Shown in pieces: positions 38,450 to 52,990 of a DNA stretch of 64,000 nucleotides (its first letter is position 1; each line of letters starts with the position of its first letter). The stretch is taken from assembly GCA_951406725.2 (NCBI GenBank), contig OX597818.1, positions 25,544,001 through 25,608,000 of the forward strand, in the 5' to 3' direction. The position numbers and the translations under genes are program-made. The notes beneath the pieces were generated by a model. It did no database searches. It worked only from the letters and a program-made list of their open reading frames with translations, and was not told where the DNA came from. This stretch comes from Octopus vulgaris (Eukaryota).

Positions 38450-38845
38450 TTGAGTCAATGTTGCTGAAGACAGCAGTTGTATGGTGAGCTCACACAACCA
38501 AGGGAAGTCTAAAGTGAGGTACAAAGACACTCTGAAAAGAAACTGCAAATGGAGCAGCATTAGTCCACATGAACTTGAAGCCTCTGCCACAGACAGTCCA
38601 TTCTAGAGGTCTCTCAACTCATGAGCAGCAGATACCTTAAAAAATGACCAGCGAACAGCATCTAAATTCTGCAAAAGAAAGAGGCCACAGGGCAGCATCT
38701 GCCTCAATCCAATCAATTGACTATCGCTGTGATATCTGCAGGTGCCAGTTTGCTTCCAGGTTTGGACTGTGGAGTCACATGTGCTCTCATTGCTGAGAAT
38801 AAACACTTTGTCATCATTGGACACTGAAAGGACACCAACACACAC
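38450..38845 (+). mobile_element. 3' fragment of a different RTE-type LINE with C-terminal C2H2 finger
   Basis: QQLYGEL, GKSKVRYKDTLKRN and CDICRCQFASRFGLWSHMCSH across frameshifts. Confidence 0.6.
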
Positions 38846-39309
38846 ACACACACACATGTATATGTACATATATAATGTAACCACACACAAGCTATGAGGG
38901 ATTTCTTTTCCTTCTTTATACTTTTCCCTTTCTAACGAAGAGTTACACGCAAAACATCAAACTCTCTCTTTTCACAAACCATCAACCTAATACATACATG
39001 CATACAAAGGATTTTTGTCCAATGAAGTAATGTAATAGGTATGTACTATAAGTGCTCAGTTTGGTTTCCCACTAAAACTCCAACCTGAACTGCAACTGAA
39101 AACAAGTGAAGCTGACTAACAAATCTGGCCAGAAATGGTTCATCATGGAGCAGGTATAAATATATTAGAAACAGAAAACAGACAGAACATGTGGTATTAC
39201 TTTAACCTTTATTACTGTTATTATTATTATTACTATTACTACTACTGAATTATAAATTAAGGTTTCTAAAGTGATACCACATGTTTTGTTTGTCTGTTCT
39301 CTGTTTCTA

Positions 39310-40070
<761 letters not shown>

Positions 40071-40296
40071 AAATAATAGTCATTACATATCTTTATTGTA
40101 GTAAATTTGACTTACAGCTGTTTCCAGTCATTATAGGTTCAATGTTGATAGGATTACTTAACCGACCAAGAGGCTGACTAAACCTACCAATAACGAACCA
40201 ATAATGACTACTGGAAATAACTGTAATCAAATTTACTACAATAAGGAAAACTATGTGATGACAATTATGTATACCTAGTCTTGTATATATGCATAC

Positions 40297-40347
<51 letters not shown>

Positions 40348-40983
40348 TGTATATACACACATATACATACACACACACATGTATATACACACATATACAT
40401 ACACACACACATACATATGTACAGATATATACTCATATGAATAAAATACAGATTTTTAAAATAAGTTTTGTAAATAAAAGAATTTGAAAAAACCGATAAG
40501 AATTAACCAAATAAAATAACCCTCATTAAATTTATAGCATATTTGGGCATAAGCTGTTTATAAAAAACAAACATATCACAGTCTATAAATAGACTTGTGA
40601 CACACACCCTTATGTATTGTAATGCTAATGAGCACATTATTTCACCCATAAATGTAAGAGCTGCAATGCTTTTTCAACACTTTTATATTTCTTAGACAAA
40701 TTATTTTGAAGACATTCCTATGAAATTTTTTACATGTTAAGATAACTTGAAAGACAAAACAGATATATTCTTTAAACATTAATGATATACATGTCATCTT
40801 TTGATAAAACTTGGTTCTTAGAAATATATATAATTGTTTTATACTTAAGTGAATAGTTAAATTTTATTAGAATTTTAAATTTACTTGTTTTTGCTGATAT
40901 CTCATAAGTACGTGTCTGACTAAGGTTGAAGGCTTGCTAGCAAATATTTTTTTATAAAGCTTTATGGAATGGTAGCTATAATA

Positions 40984-40989
<6 letters not shown>

Positions 40990-41036
<47 letters not shown>

Positions 41037-43080
41037 TATACACATACATACATACATGTACGAACACACACACATGTGTACATATACATACAAACACACA
41101 CATCTATACATATGTAAACATACATACATGCATACATACAATGCATGCATACACATATATATATATATCCATGCATGCATCATTATGTTCATATACACAT
41201 CTCTATATGCACATGCACATACATATGCAGTAGACGTAGATACAAATAAAAACACATATGCAAAAAACATAAACCGTAAAACATTCACATTTGCTGCAAA
41301 ACTTAAATATATGTATGAGTTATATATGTATGTACACAAATATGCCCTCCTGTCTGTATGAAGGAAGAGTTTTACACTCGTTTTTATACAATCATTCATA
41401 CACATGTATATATGCACGCACATACGCATTTGATATATACCACACGTGTACATAGTTACATAATTATATAGGGTGAAAAATAATATACAGAAAAAATACA
41501 TAAAGCAATAAAATATGTATAAGAAATATATAAGAAATGTTAAGACATACAAAAGGCTTGTATGTGGACATAATATAAAAAGCAGGTTCTACCTGTGGTC
41601 TTGGGGGGGGGATCCAAAAACATAACAATGTTTTGCCATATGTGGACATGATCCAAAAAGTTCAGTTCTTGAATTTAGACATGTAGCAGGGTCTAAAGAA
41701 CTTTTCCAGATGAGCCATCTTTTCATATCGCAAAGACCACACTTTCCACTGCCGTGGAAACAAAATGATGCCGGCTGTTCCTGCAGGGTTAAAAATTCGT
41801 GCCCACTAAATGGAGCTTGTATGACCGAGGCCATCATTTATGAAGCCACTGTAGACTCTACAACCACTAAGGACATAGTTTCGTCAAACAAATATGTAGG
41901 TCTCACAGAGGAAAATTTTAAAGCCAGGTTCAACAATCACACCTTAAATTTCAAACACAGAGATGAAAGGAAAACAACCAAATTATCCAGCTATATATGG
42001 TCCTTAAAAGAAAAAGGTGTAAGCCTTACACCAATGGCAGTGGAAAGTGCAGTCTTTGCGATATGGAAAGATGGCTCATCTGGAAAAGTTCTTTAGATCC
42101 TGCTACATGTTTAAATTCAAGAACTGAACTTTTGGGGTCATGTCCACATATGGCAAAACATTTGTTACATTTTTGGACCCCGCAAGATCACAGATAGAAC
42201 CTGCTTTTTATATTATATCTACGTATAAGCCTTTCATATGTCTTAACATTTCTTATATATATTTTATTGCTTTATATATTTTTCTGTATATTATTTTTCA
42301 CCCTTTATAATTGTGTAACTATTTACGTGTGTAGTATATATATATATAAATGTGTATGTGTGTGCATATATACATGTGTACGAATGATTGTATATATACG
42401 AGTGTAAAACTCTACCTGTTGTACCTGTCTCCTTCCTTCATACATATACGTAAGTATATACGTTTATATATCTGCAGGTGTAGATGTGTTTGACAGACAG
42501 GAGGGTGTATTTGTGTACATACATATATAACTCATATGTATTTTCAAGTTTTGTGGCGAATGTGAATGTTTTACGGTTTATGTTTTTGCGTATGTTTTTA
42601 TTTGTATATAGAGGTGTGTATATGAACATAATGATGCGTGCATGGGTATATATACATGTGTATGCATGTACTGTATGTATGTATGCTTACATATGTATAG
42701 ACATATATATATATATGTATTTGTATGTATATGTACACACGTGAGTATGTAGTGTGTGTGTATATATATATATATATACACACACACGTGTGTGTGCGTA
42801 CATGTATGTATATGTGTACATGTGTGAATATGCAGATTCTATGAACAATGTTATATTTTCCCCATGCTTATTGGAGTAATTTCCTTTTATTCAATGGTTT
42901 TTTTCATAGCGTTTTTGTTTATCTTAGTAACTGATGAGATGCCGGAGCAGACTGCAGGCCCAGCATCCGAAACTGAGTTTTATTATGACAACCAACTAAT
43001 TATGACATATCATATTTATAGATAAATTCCTCTATTTACATAATATCGAGGTCTCATTCATTCTTTTGTTGTCATATTAT
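40990..43080 (+). mobile_element. Penelope-like 3' fragment (GIY-YIG) with inverted upstream copy and terminal hammerhead motif
   Basis: CSCRVKNSCPLNGACMTEAIIYEATV..KYVGLTEENFKARFNNH..TKLSSYIWSLKEKG..KCSLCDME..LNSRTEL. 41030-41757 is an inverted copy of 42031-42825. Confidence 0.85.
42925..42985 (+). ncRNA. Minimal type I hammerhead ribozyme motif at the PLE 3' end
   Basis: UAGUAA-CUGAUGA-GAUGC..GCAUC-C-GAAA-CUGAG-UU-UUAUUA: stem I 6 bp with one wobble, stem II 5 bp, GUU triplet. Confidence 0.75.
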
Positions 43081-43090
43081 TATTATTAAT

Positions 43091-43152
<62 letters not shown>

Positions 43153-43153
43153 A

Positions 43154-43199
<46 letters not shown>

Positions 43200-45650
43200 A
43201 CAGTTAATTTTGTATTTAACATTAAAAAAAGAAAGGAAATGCTTTCAGAAATGTAGAAACCTATATACAGATTTCAAAATAATGGAGTTTTTTTAACAAA
43301 TATAACACAGATGCACACACATGTGTGTACATAAATAACAAGCAGCACTTGCATAAACTCTTGAAGCTTATAGTGCCTCAAGGAAACATGTATTAGATCA
43401 GAACTAAAGACAATCATATTCTTTAAAACTACCATGAAGCTTCCTTTACTAATCCATATGTAAAATATGTAAAAACAAAACAAAACAAAAAAAAAACATG
43501 AATTGTTTTATATTTTACTATTTTCTAGAAAGTGCAAAGCAATGACTCTCTATTATGAAATAAATGTAACAGAAAAAGAACAAATGCATAGCTTAAAATT
43601 AATTTGCCTTCAAATCTATCCTACACCTTAGTAAAACATGAAAATCCTAAACTATATGAATGGGATTATTAACAAAATAAAGTATACAATAATATCAACA
43701 AACCCTTGCATTCTGAGAGATTAATTCAATTAAAAGAATATAAATAAACTTTAAGTAGAGTTTTTATAATTATCATGGTAAAATTTCAATATTTGCAACA
43801 TTTAAGTATCTGATAATGGTCATTTATGTACATAAAATATATGAATTTTGTATAAAAGTTTTCTTTAGATATTGGAGTTCTCCATGTGTGCATGAATGTG
43901 CAGTTAAGTAATTTAAAACAAGTATAATCTTAGCTGTCAGGACCACTGTCTCATACAGCAGAGAACAATGTGTCAATTTAGGATTGTTTTGTTAGTAAAA
44001 AAAACAAAAACACTTTGGATAGAAACAAACATATTTCAAAGAAATGTGATATGAAATTGAAAACATGAATGATCAAAAGGCATACATAATAGTACAAACA
44101 AAAGTATTTATAGTGTGCGTGTATGTGTGAGTGCATGTGCACCTTTATGTAACAAACTGAAGTATTAAGACTTAAAGTAAGCACTCCTAGAGGAGATATT
44201 ACTTGGCAGGCTTCATTTCACAGTGTTAGTATAATTTGGAAAAAATTGCAGAATTCATGACAATACAATAAGGAGTTCAAAATGAAAAGTGAGGTGATGA
44301 AAGGAAAGTAAAATTTAGAAAAACAAAAAAAAAATGTAAGAAGGTAAGAAAAAGCCAAAAGTTGTAATTTTGAATTAATACCTTATCTTTTTTTTCTCCA
44401 AAATTGTGAAAAATTATTTTTGTTAGTACAAATTTAGTAGTAACTTTTAAGGCTTTTTGACTAATACAGTTCACAACACTTTTCCTTAACCCCCAAGTTA
44501 CATTAAATTCTCAAATTTTTTTTATCAAAATATAATTAATGTTATCAATTGCCATAACAGAATTAGTAAAAAGTAAGGTAAAAATATATATAGGTTAACA
44601 CTCATCTGCTGCTGGTTGTATGATTTATTAAAGGCTATTGTAAGAACTGGTGAGATAGATACACAAGCGTACAATAGATATAACAAACTCTAAAAATGCA
44701 AAGTTATAAATAAAGTAAATTTAAGCTTTTTCAAAAACTTAATATCAGTATAGTTAAGTTCTGACATGTTAATTTTGGTCATCTCTTTAGACTGAATGTC
44801 CATTCAACAGAAGTTTTCTAGTAAGAAATCAAAATAATTTTCTTCACTTAAACATAAATAATTTTAGCTTAAATTGAAATATATTATTCTCTCTCTCTCT
44901 CTCACACACACACACAAATATAGTTTTACATTATTTTCCTATAGATAGGTTTGGAAAATAGCAGCCTTCCATATACTTTTCCATTAACTCTCACCGCTTC
45001 AACACAGTATGCTGTCTCAGTACACAATGTTTTTGGATAAATGCCCATTTACATACCCTCTCTAGAAAAAAATGGATAAATATATAGCTAATACCATCTA
45101 AAGATTAAAAAAAAAACCCAGCTGATAATGTATCACATTTTATATAATTTTCTTTACAGTTTTTGTTTTTTAATGGATGATATATAAACGCCCTCTTGAT
45201 TTTATGAAATACAAAGTTTCAAAACAAAAATCAAAAATGTTAAAAAAAAAAGTAAATTTTAAAAAAGGAAAGATTTCTTTTTTTATAAATGAAAATAAAT
45301 TTAATTTATTTTCTCAATAGCACAACAACTTGTTTTTTTTATTTTAATTAAAATAAAATTGTTTGGAAACAGAAATAGGAATCCAAATGAAAAGCCACAA
45401 ATAATTTATTTGTATTCTTCACAATGTATTAGAAACTTAATTGAACTAAAACAGAAAAGAGAATTGATTTAGAGTACTTGTTAACTCTTGTAAAATTGAA
45501 ATGAAACGCAAACAAGTTTAAAAAAGGTACTAATAGTTTCAGGAAAAAGAAAAATGTTAGTTTCTACACAGTATGAGAACAAAAAATCTGGTGAATGGAT
45601 TAGTGGTGAATTGGAAAAAAAAAAGAAATTTGTTGAAAATTGTCAGTATG

Positions 45651-45688
<38 letters not shown>

Positions 45689-45718
45689 GAATTACTCAAT
45701 ATATAAAAAAAATTAATT

Positions 45719-45862
45719 TTAATATATATAATTCTGTGCAGTTGTTGACTTATCTAAAGAAACCATTACATCATCAACATTAGTTTGCAGTTTCTTATAT
45801 TCATTAGCATTTGGCCGCCGACCACGTTTCTGGTTTCGCCCTTCTATGATGAACGCAATGAT
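45719..45862 (-). CDS. TGN46/TGOLN2-C5orf15-family protein, terminal exon (cytosolic tail; absent from the ORF track)
   Basis: Manual translation IIAFIIEGRNQKRGRRPNANEYKKLQTNVDDVMVSLDKSTTAQNYIY-stop. ttttctag acceptor; phase 0; YKKL is a YxxPhi motif. Confidence 0.9.
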   Translation of the reverse strand: MIAFIIEGRNQKRGRRPNANEYKKLQTNVDDVMVSLDKSTTAQNYIY

Positions 45863-45909
45863 CTAGAAAAAGATAATAATTTTGTTGGTAATAGCTACAA
45901 GTATAATAA

Positions 45910-46320
45910 TAATGGTTTCAAATTTTGCCAAAAGGGTAGCAGTTTTGGGGAAAGGGATGAGTCAATTACATTGACCTCAGAGTTCAACTGGTATTTATTT
46001 TATCAACCCCAAAAAGATGAAAGGCAAAGTAGGACTTGGTGGAACTTGAACTCAGAATGTAGCGACGGATGAAATACTGCTAAGCATTTCATCTGGCATG
46101 CCAACAGTTCTACCATCACACCACCTTCTATAATGATAATATTAATGGTTTCAAATTCTGGCACAAAGTCAGGAATTATTTTATTGGCACCAAAAGGATG
46201 AAAGACAAAGTTGACCATAATGGAATTTGAACTCATATCGTAAAGACAGATGAAATATCATTAAGCATTTTTCTCGGCATGCTAATGATTCTGCCAGCTC
46301 ACTGCCTTAATAATAATAAT
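45910..46320 (+). mobile_element. Two tandem SINE-like copies in the last intron of the TGN46-like gene
   Basis: AATGGTTTCAAATT..CAAAA(A/G)GATGAAAG(G/A)CAAAGT..TAAGCATTT..TAATAAT repeated twice. Confidence 0.65.
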
Positions 46321-46865
46321 AACAAAAAAGAGATTATGAGTGCTAACAATTAAAAAAAAAAATTTTTTTTAGCAATTAACATCTTTTAGAGAAGAGACCA
46401 TTTAATCATAAGCAAAACAAAAATAAAGACAAAAGGTATGGGTTGGATGGTTTGAGAGGAGCTGGCAAGCCTGAGGATTGCACTGAGCTTCACTGTCTGC
46501 TTTGACATAGTGCTTGCATAAATTGGATGGAGTTTATTGAGGTTATTGATCCCTTCCTGTCACCAGCCCTCACCAGTTTTCAAACAAAGTAATATTTCTC
46601 CTTGGCTAGACATGTTCTCACAATATATTGGAAATATATGAGACTGCTTGCACGACTTTTGACACTCATTTACAATTATCACACAATGTCAAGACAAGGA
46701 GACCCAAATATATATGAAAACACATTTTGTTTGTATGTGTGCATGTATGTATATATATATAATCGGGTAATAATCTAGTAGCTCTGTGTTGGCAAGACAT
46801 ATATGCGTGTGTGTGTGTATGTATGTATATGTATGTATGTATATATATATATATATATAAGTGAA

Positions 46866-46991
46866 GAAATGGATGTGTGGTAAGAAGCTTATTTCCCAAC
46901 CAGATGGTTCCAGGTTCAGTCCCACTGCATGGCACCTTGGGCAAGTGTCTTGAGAGTGGATTTGATAGATGGAAATTGAAAGAAGCATGTC

Positions 46992-46995
<4 letters not shown>
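46866..46995 (+). mobile_element. tRNA-derived SINE 5' portion
   Basis: GTGTGGTAAGAAGC..GGTTCAGTCCC (B-box-like)..ACCTTGGGCAAGTGTC. Confidence 0.55.
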
Positions 46996-47040
<45 letters not shown>

Positions 47041-47048
47041 TACATATA

Positions 47049-48285
47049 CAGGGTGCAGTGAATAAATTTTCGTTTAAATTACGCAAAAATGAAAATAATA
47101 CTGAGATCTCATTTTAACAAATATATTTACGAATATTACATAAAAATATCTTGAAATACTAAAGAGTAAATTTATTCAATAAAATCGCCATTGGCTTCAA
47201 CCACAACCTCCAGATGACTTCGGAATCTCCTGTAACTCTTCTGGGCAGGCTCCTTGTTTAAGTTGGTGAATGTTGCCATAATCCTTGCCTTCAGTTCATC
47301 TTTGGTGTTACAAAGAGTTTTGTTGGTCTCTTGCTCAACTGCATCTCACACATAATAACCAAAGGGGTTGCAGTCTGGGGAGTTAGATGGCCAGTTGTTA
47401 AGGGTGATGTGGTCACAGAAATTGTCTGACAACCATGACTGGGTTCTCCTGCTTGTGTGGCATGGTGCAGAGTCCTGTTGCCAGACACAAGGTGTTCCAG
47501 CAGCCACCCTCTTGACCCAGGGTAGCACTACCTCCTCCAGGTACTTGATGTAGGCCTCCGTGTTGAGTCTGAGATAGTGTGGGAAGATGAATGGAAGCAT
47601 AATGTTGCCATCACTAGTGATCACTCCAAACACCATAATGTTGACTGAATGTTTTTTTTTTATCACTCTCGGAACATGTTTTTGGGACATGGCAAGCCAA
47701 TGATTGTTCTGTATGTTCACCATCTGATCCTGGCAGAAATTTTTCTCATCTGAGAAAAACCAAAACATGTTGAGTTGGAGGGGATGCTTGAGTTTATTCA
47801 AAAGCTTTGTAGCATGGTCTTTCTTCTTGTCCTTGATGGCTTGGGATAAAAATTAGTCCTTTCTCATCTTGCATGAGGAATACAGAATGTCTTCATGCAC
47901 CACCTGCCTGATAAGAAACTAAGACATTCCCATGTCCTTACCGATGGACCTGATTGACTTGGAGGGATTGTTGTCAATCATGGCCTTGGATCTCATCAAC
48001 AAATTCAGGAGTTCTTTTCTTGTCAGAACAATGGGAATGTGTTTTACGAGCTGCCATACCTTCATAATCACCATCAGACTCATTCAACACTCACCGAATC
48101 CTCTGCACTGTCCTCAGATTGACACCCAAACACTCTGAAATGTTCATATTGGAGCTTCTGACATGAATGCCAAGCAGTACAGCATGTCGTGCCCAACTGA
48201 CCCTACTATACAGTGTAGTTGGCAAAATCAAAAACAATGTGCATGTACAAAATAAAAATGGCAACGATATACCCATTGCACCCTG
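47049..48285 (-). mobile_element. Full-length decayed DD37D (maT-type) Tc1/mariner transposon
   Basis: TA|CAGGGTGCA...TGCACCCTG|TA termini; FSDEKNF, MVFGVI, QQDSAPCH, WPSNSPDCNPF(G). 37 residues between the 2nd D and the 3rd catalytic position, which is G in this copy. Confidence 0.9.
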
Positions 48286-49578
48286 TATATATATGTATGT
48301 ATTTGTGTGTCTGAGTTTGTCCCCCACCCCCACAATTGCTTGACTACTGATGTTGGTTTGTTCACACAGACTAGTAAACAACGTAGTCAAAAGTAAAAAT
48401 TGCAATGTACAGCCAAATGGGTATCAAATTATGCATAACCTGTTTACTGGACAAGTGTGTTGAGCTTTTCATTATAAAAATTTATTTTAAAACTTTTTTT
48501 TTACCAATTTGTTTCTTTAAGCATTTTGAAAAAATTGTCAAAACAATTATTTTTACAGCTATATGTCCTGTTTTTTGATAACTTATTTAATCTTTTAGCA
48601 TTTAGACTGGCCATATCTGATCCAAATATTCTACTTGCTTTATATTCAAACTGGCCAGATCCTGCCTCTCATACTTACCATGCAATGTTATTGTAAAAAA
48701 TAAATAATCACATCTTTAAAATCACAAAGTTGAGCTAATGGAGATGGATAAAAGCTTCCCAATCAATAATGATGGCTGACTTCCACCTGTTTTTCTTTTT
48801 GGAGGGGGCAGTGTTCTTTGCCTGTACAACTGCAGGTTGTGGGGATGGGGAGGCATTGAAGTTATGGTCTTTGATTGCATGAGGCATATGAAGTGAATTG
48901 TCTAGAAGGATGGTTTCAATAAATGGTTCAGCTGTCAGAAATGAAACAATTGCAGCCAAAAGATAGCTGACATAAGACTGGCTGAGCTTCAGCCAATTAG
49001 CTGACTCAAAAGGGCTGTAAAGTATGTTACATTAAGTAGACAGTCTTCACTCAACAGATCTAATGGATGAAGAGACTATGATGACAGGTTAATGGTTAAC
49101 TTCAGAGGTAAGGAACAAGTCAAGGATATAGACAGGGGTGGATACTAACGAGTCAGACAGTTGATGGTGGCAAAGGATTTGCTCTCTGCACCAACAATAC
49201 TGTTGTTTAGCCTTGACAGAGCAGATCTATGATCAAAGGCATTTCAGCCATGATCATCACATCATTTCCTTAGGTATTACATATCTGACAACATTATCCA
49301 ATGTGTTCACCTCTTTTTAAGAATGCAGGTTGTGATTTGAGTGCTGTTCTTGCCTGTGGAGGGATTACATAGAGACCCCTTTGCTTGCTACATAGAATTG
49401 TGACAGCCAGGAGCAGTGCAGATTGAAGTCACCAAGAATGGTGGCAACAAAGAGAAGTGAACAACTGAACCATGGAATGTACTCAAAAAAGATTAATATA
49501 TCATCATTAAGTCAAAGTGGAAATGAATTTGCTTCCAGTTACTAATAAATTTATTCATAAGCAACAAAAATGTTTTAC

Positions 49579-49712
49579 CTTTTGTTTGTTGTGGAAAACA
49601 ATATATCCAGCAATACAAAGAACAATAGCTGTTAAGAAATAGCCCATGAAATGTGCAGATGAGGGTGCTTCATTGTAAGCCGTGCTCACTGGAGTTTTCT
49701 TTGGAACAATAT
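49579..49712 (-). CDS. TGN46/TGOLN2-C5orf15-family protein, transmembrane exon
   Basis: DIVPKKTPVSTAYNEAPSSAHFMGYFLTAIVLCIAGYIVFHNKQK, resembling TGN46 [26 protein letters not shown]. cag acceptor, GT donor. Confidence 0.9.
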
Positions 49713-49924
49713 CTGAATAGGAATATTTTACAGAATTCATTGTTATTTTCAAAACTCTGTGTTTCAATAGAAAAATGGTAACAAAATAGTTAAGTATATT
49801 TTAATTAACTACATTTTACAATTTACACGAAATAGTAGGAATTATAAATAATCAATTAACTTTAGTTTGTAGACAGGCAAAAACTGAAAACAAAATAGAA
49901 AGAAATCTCCATTTCATGAATTTT

Positions 49925-52900
49925 GATAGGTCTTCTCAAGCACAGCATATCACCCAACATTTGAAAGGTACTTTATACATGCCATTGGCATGAGTGTCAG
50001 TTACACAACGCTAGTATCAGCCATGACTGCGATGGGTCTTCACAAGTACAGCATACCACCATTGCCTCCATGAGGACCAACATTCAATGATCATGCTTCA
50101 TCACTTCGTCCCATGTCTTCTTGGGTCTATCTCTACCATCATTAGATATCAGCACTTCTTCACACAGCTGTCCTCATCCATACACATTACATGACCATAC
50201 CAGTGCAGTCATCTCTCTTGCACATCACATCTGATGCTGCTTATGCCCAACTTTTCTCTCAAGTTGCTTACACTCTATTGTGCATGTACACTGATATTAC
50301 ACATCTAGCGAAGTATACTAGCTTCATTTCTTTCAAGCCTTCATATGTCCTTGGCTGTCACAGCCATGTTTCATTGCTGTGTAGCATGGCTGTTCGCACA
50401 CAGGCATCATACAATCTGCCTTTCATACTGAGGGAGAGGCCCTTTATTACCAACAGAGGTAGGAGCTCTCTGAACTTTGCCTAGCCTATTCTTATTCTAG
50501 CAGCTACACTCTCAAAGCATCCACCTCCACTACTGACTTGGTCACCTAGGTAACAGAAGCTGTCAACTACTTCTAGTTTTCCCTGCTGGCATTTGATGGA
50601 GTCTATTTTCTGTACATTTATGGTGTTTATTGTACCTTTGCATCTTCCAAACACAAAAGCTATTTTCTCTGTTAACAATCCTCTGATATTGATGCACTTT
50701 TTATGTGTCTGTATCTTACACCAGGCACATCTTATAGAGTTATTACCTATGCCTACAAATAGAGCAGGGCCATCTGCCTGAAGGGATATGCAATTTGTTT
50801 ACTCTCCTACTTACTAAGACTTTGGTTTTTGCTAAATTAACTCTAAGGCCCTTTGATTCTAGACCTTGCTTCCACACCTGAAAAGTCTTCTCTAGTCCTG
50901 GAAGTAATTCAGCTATAAGAACAAAGTCATCAGCATAGAGGAGCTCCCAGAGGCAGCCAGTCTTAAATTCCTGTTATTACCTGGAGAACTATGATGAACA
51001 AGAGGGGACTGAGGACTGATCCTTGCTGAACCCCTACTTGTACCCTGACAGTGTCATGTCCATGGCTTGTACAGCTCTCATCAACCACTCATCTATTCCT
51101 AGCTTCCACATCGACCACTAGATAAGGAGTGGGGGATCCTGTCAAAGGCTTTAGGGTTGATAAAAGCCAGGTACAGGGGTTTATTTTTGGCTAGATATTT
51201 CTCCTGCAGCTGCCTAATCAGGAATATAGCTTCAGTTGTGCTCCTGCCTGGCACAAATCCAAACTGCATCTCATCTACACTAACTCTCTTTCTAATTAAT
51301 TGAGCTATGACCCTTTCTGTGACTTTCATCATCTGGTCCTGTAGTTTGATGCCTCTAATTATTCCAGTTTAAGGCGTCACCTTTGCCTTTGTAGCAGTTG
51401 ACTATGATGCTGCTACACTAATCATTGCATATGACTACCTTGTGGACAACCTGATTAACTATGAGTGACTAGGCCTACTCCAGATATTTTAAGCATCTCA
51501 GTGGAGATTCCTGATGGGCCAAGAGCTTTTCCGGTCCTCATATCCTTAATTGCTTTGTATAAATAACTGTTGATTCAAATAGCTTGTCCCTCAATTGGGT
51601 CAACATTTGGCAGACTCTCCTCCCATTCATTCTCCATGTTTAATAGCCTTTCATAATAGCATTTTAAAGCCTCTTTCTTTGCAGAATCATTAAATGCAAG
51701 TGAACCATCATCCATGTGGACACATTTCTCTCCTATGACATCCAATTCTCTCTCACACACTGTCTGAAATACTTCAAGTCTCTGGTCCTCACATTGCAAA
51801 ACATAGGTAAACTTCTTTTCTTCTTCTTCCCTGGATAGATATACCTGTCTTCTAGCTTCCCTTCTGGTTATCTGATACAGTTCCCTGTTACTCCCCACAC
51901 TTCCAGGCCTGTTTCTTTGCTCTAATGGCTTTGTCTGTAGCATCGTTCTGCCACTGCATCACTCTAGGTCTGGATGGAACTTTGCACCAGCAAAGATTTG
52001 GTCTGTGGCACTTAGCAAGCTGTCCTGCAGGAATTCCCAGTTGCTCTCTATGCTACAAGTCTGTAGTTCTTCCTCCTTCTCATCAAATTTCTTAATTAGG
52101 ATGTCCCTAAATCTTTGACCATATAAAGGGTCCTTAAGCTTCCAAATCCTTCTTTTCCAGATTGGTCCGCTTCTTGGTATCCTTCTGGCTGGGAGTCTAA
52201 AGTCACTAATGACTAGTATATGCTGGAGAGTACATTCTTCACCAGGTAAGGTCTTTGTATTTATGAGCAACCATATATCCCACTACCAGGTGAGAATGTA
52301 ATTGATCTGGCTAGTGTGGTCACCCAACTGGTAGGTTAACAGGTGGCTGGTTGGCTTCCTGAAGCTGGTGTTGCTGATCAATAAGTTATTCACATCATAG
52401 AAGTCCAGCAGCCATGTCCCTTCTTTGTTTTAGGAACCAATTCCATGGCCCCCATGTACACTATGGAAGATACTGGGCTGCTGCCCAACAATGCACATTG
52501 AAATCTCCAGCCATGAAGATGAGATCACTGTCGTTCATCTTTGAGGCAGCCTGCAGAAGAATATCATAAAAGCAGTCCTTTTGTTCATTTGGTAGACTTG
52601 CTTGTGGAGTGTAGGCAGAGATAATTGTCACTGTATTATTCTTCAAAACTAGTCTGAGCTAGTGTAATGTACTCTGACTACTTCTATGACCTTATCTTCC
52701 CATTTCTCTGCAAGAAGTATGCCCACACCACCTACTCCAGCACTGTTACCTTTCCAGAAGATTTTATACTTATATGTCATGCCAGTGAGGAACCTGGCTA
52801 AAGCTCTCCTCCACCTTACCTCTTGAATGCAACATGCATCAGCATGCCTCCTTTCAAGCAGCTCAACAATCACACCAGACTTACCTTTCAATATGCCTAC

Positions 52901-52990
52901 ATTGACAGTGCTAACTCTGAGAACTGGGAAAGGGGCATGAGAGGGAACATGGAAAGAAGGGATGGTATTCAGTACTTAACAAGAAGGTTT
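49925..52990 (-). mobile_element. Decayed near full-length RTE LINE
   Basis: Colinear fragments EN (CCIQEVRW, AGDFN), RT (QFGFVPGRST) and KLEVVDSF..LG; many stops and frameshifts. Confidence 0.9.

Noticed and set aside
38927-38965. CTAACGAAGAGTTACACGCAAAACATCAAA, possible relic hammerhead
   Set aside because: Both core boxes are mutated and stem II is broken; not supportable without a family consensus.
48735-48959. 74-aa minus-strand ORF as an extra exon of the TGN46-like gene
   Set aside because: The TM exon and terminal exon join directly in phase with family-conserved sequence; the region looks like an old LINE 3' remnant on +.
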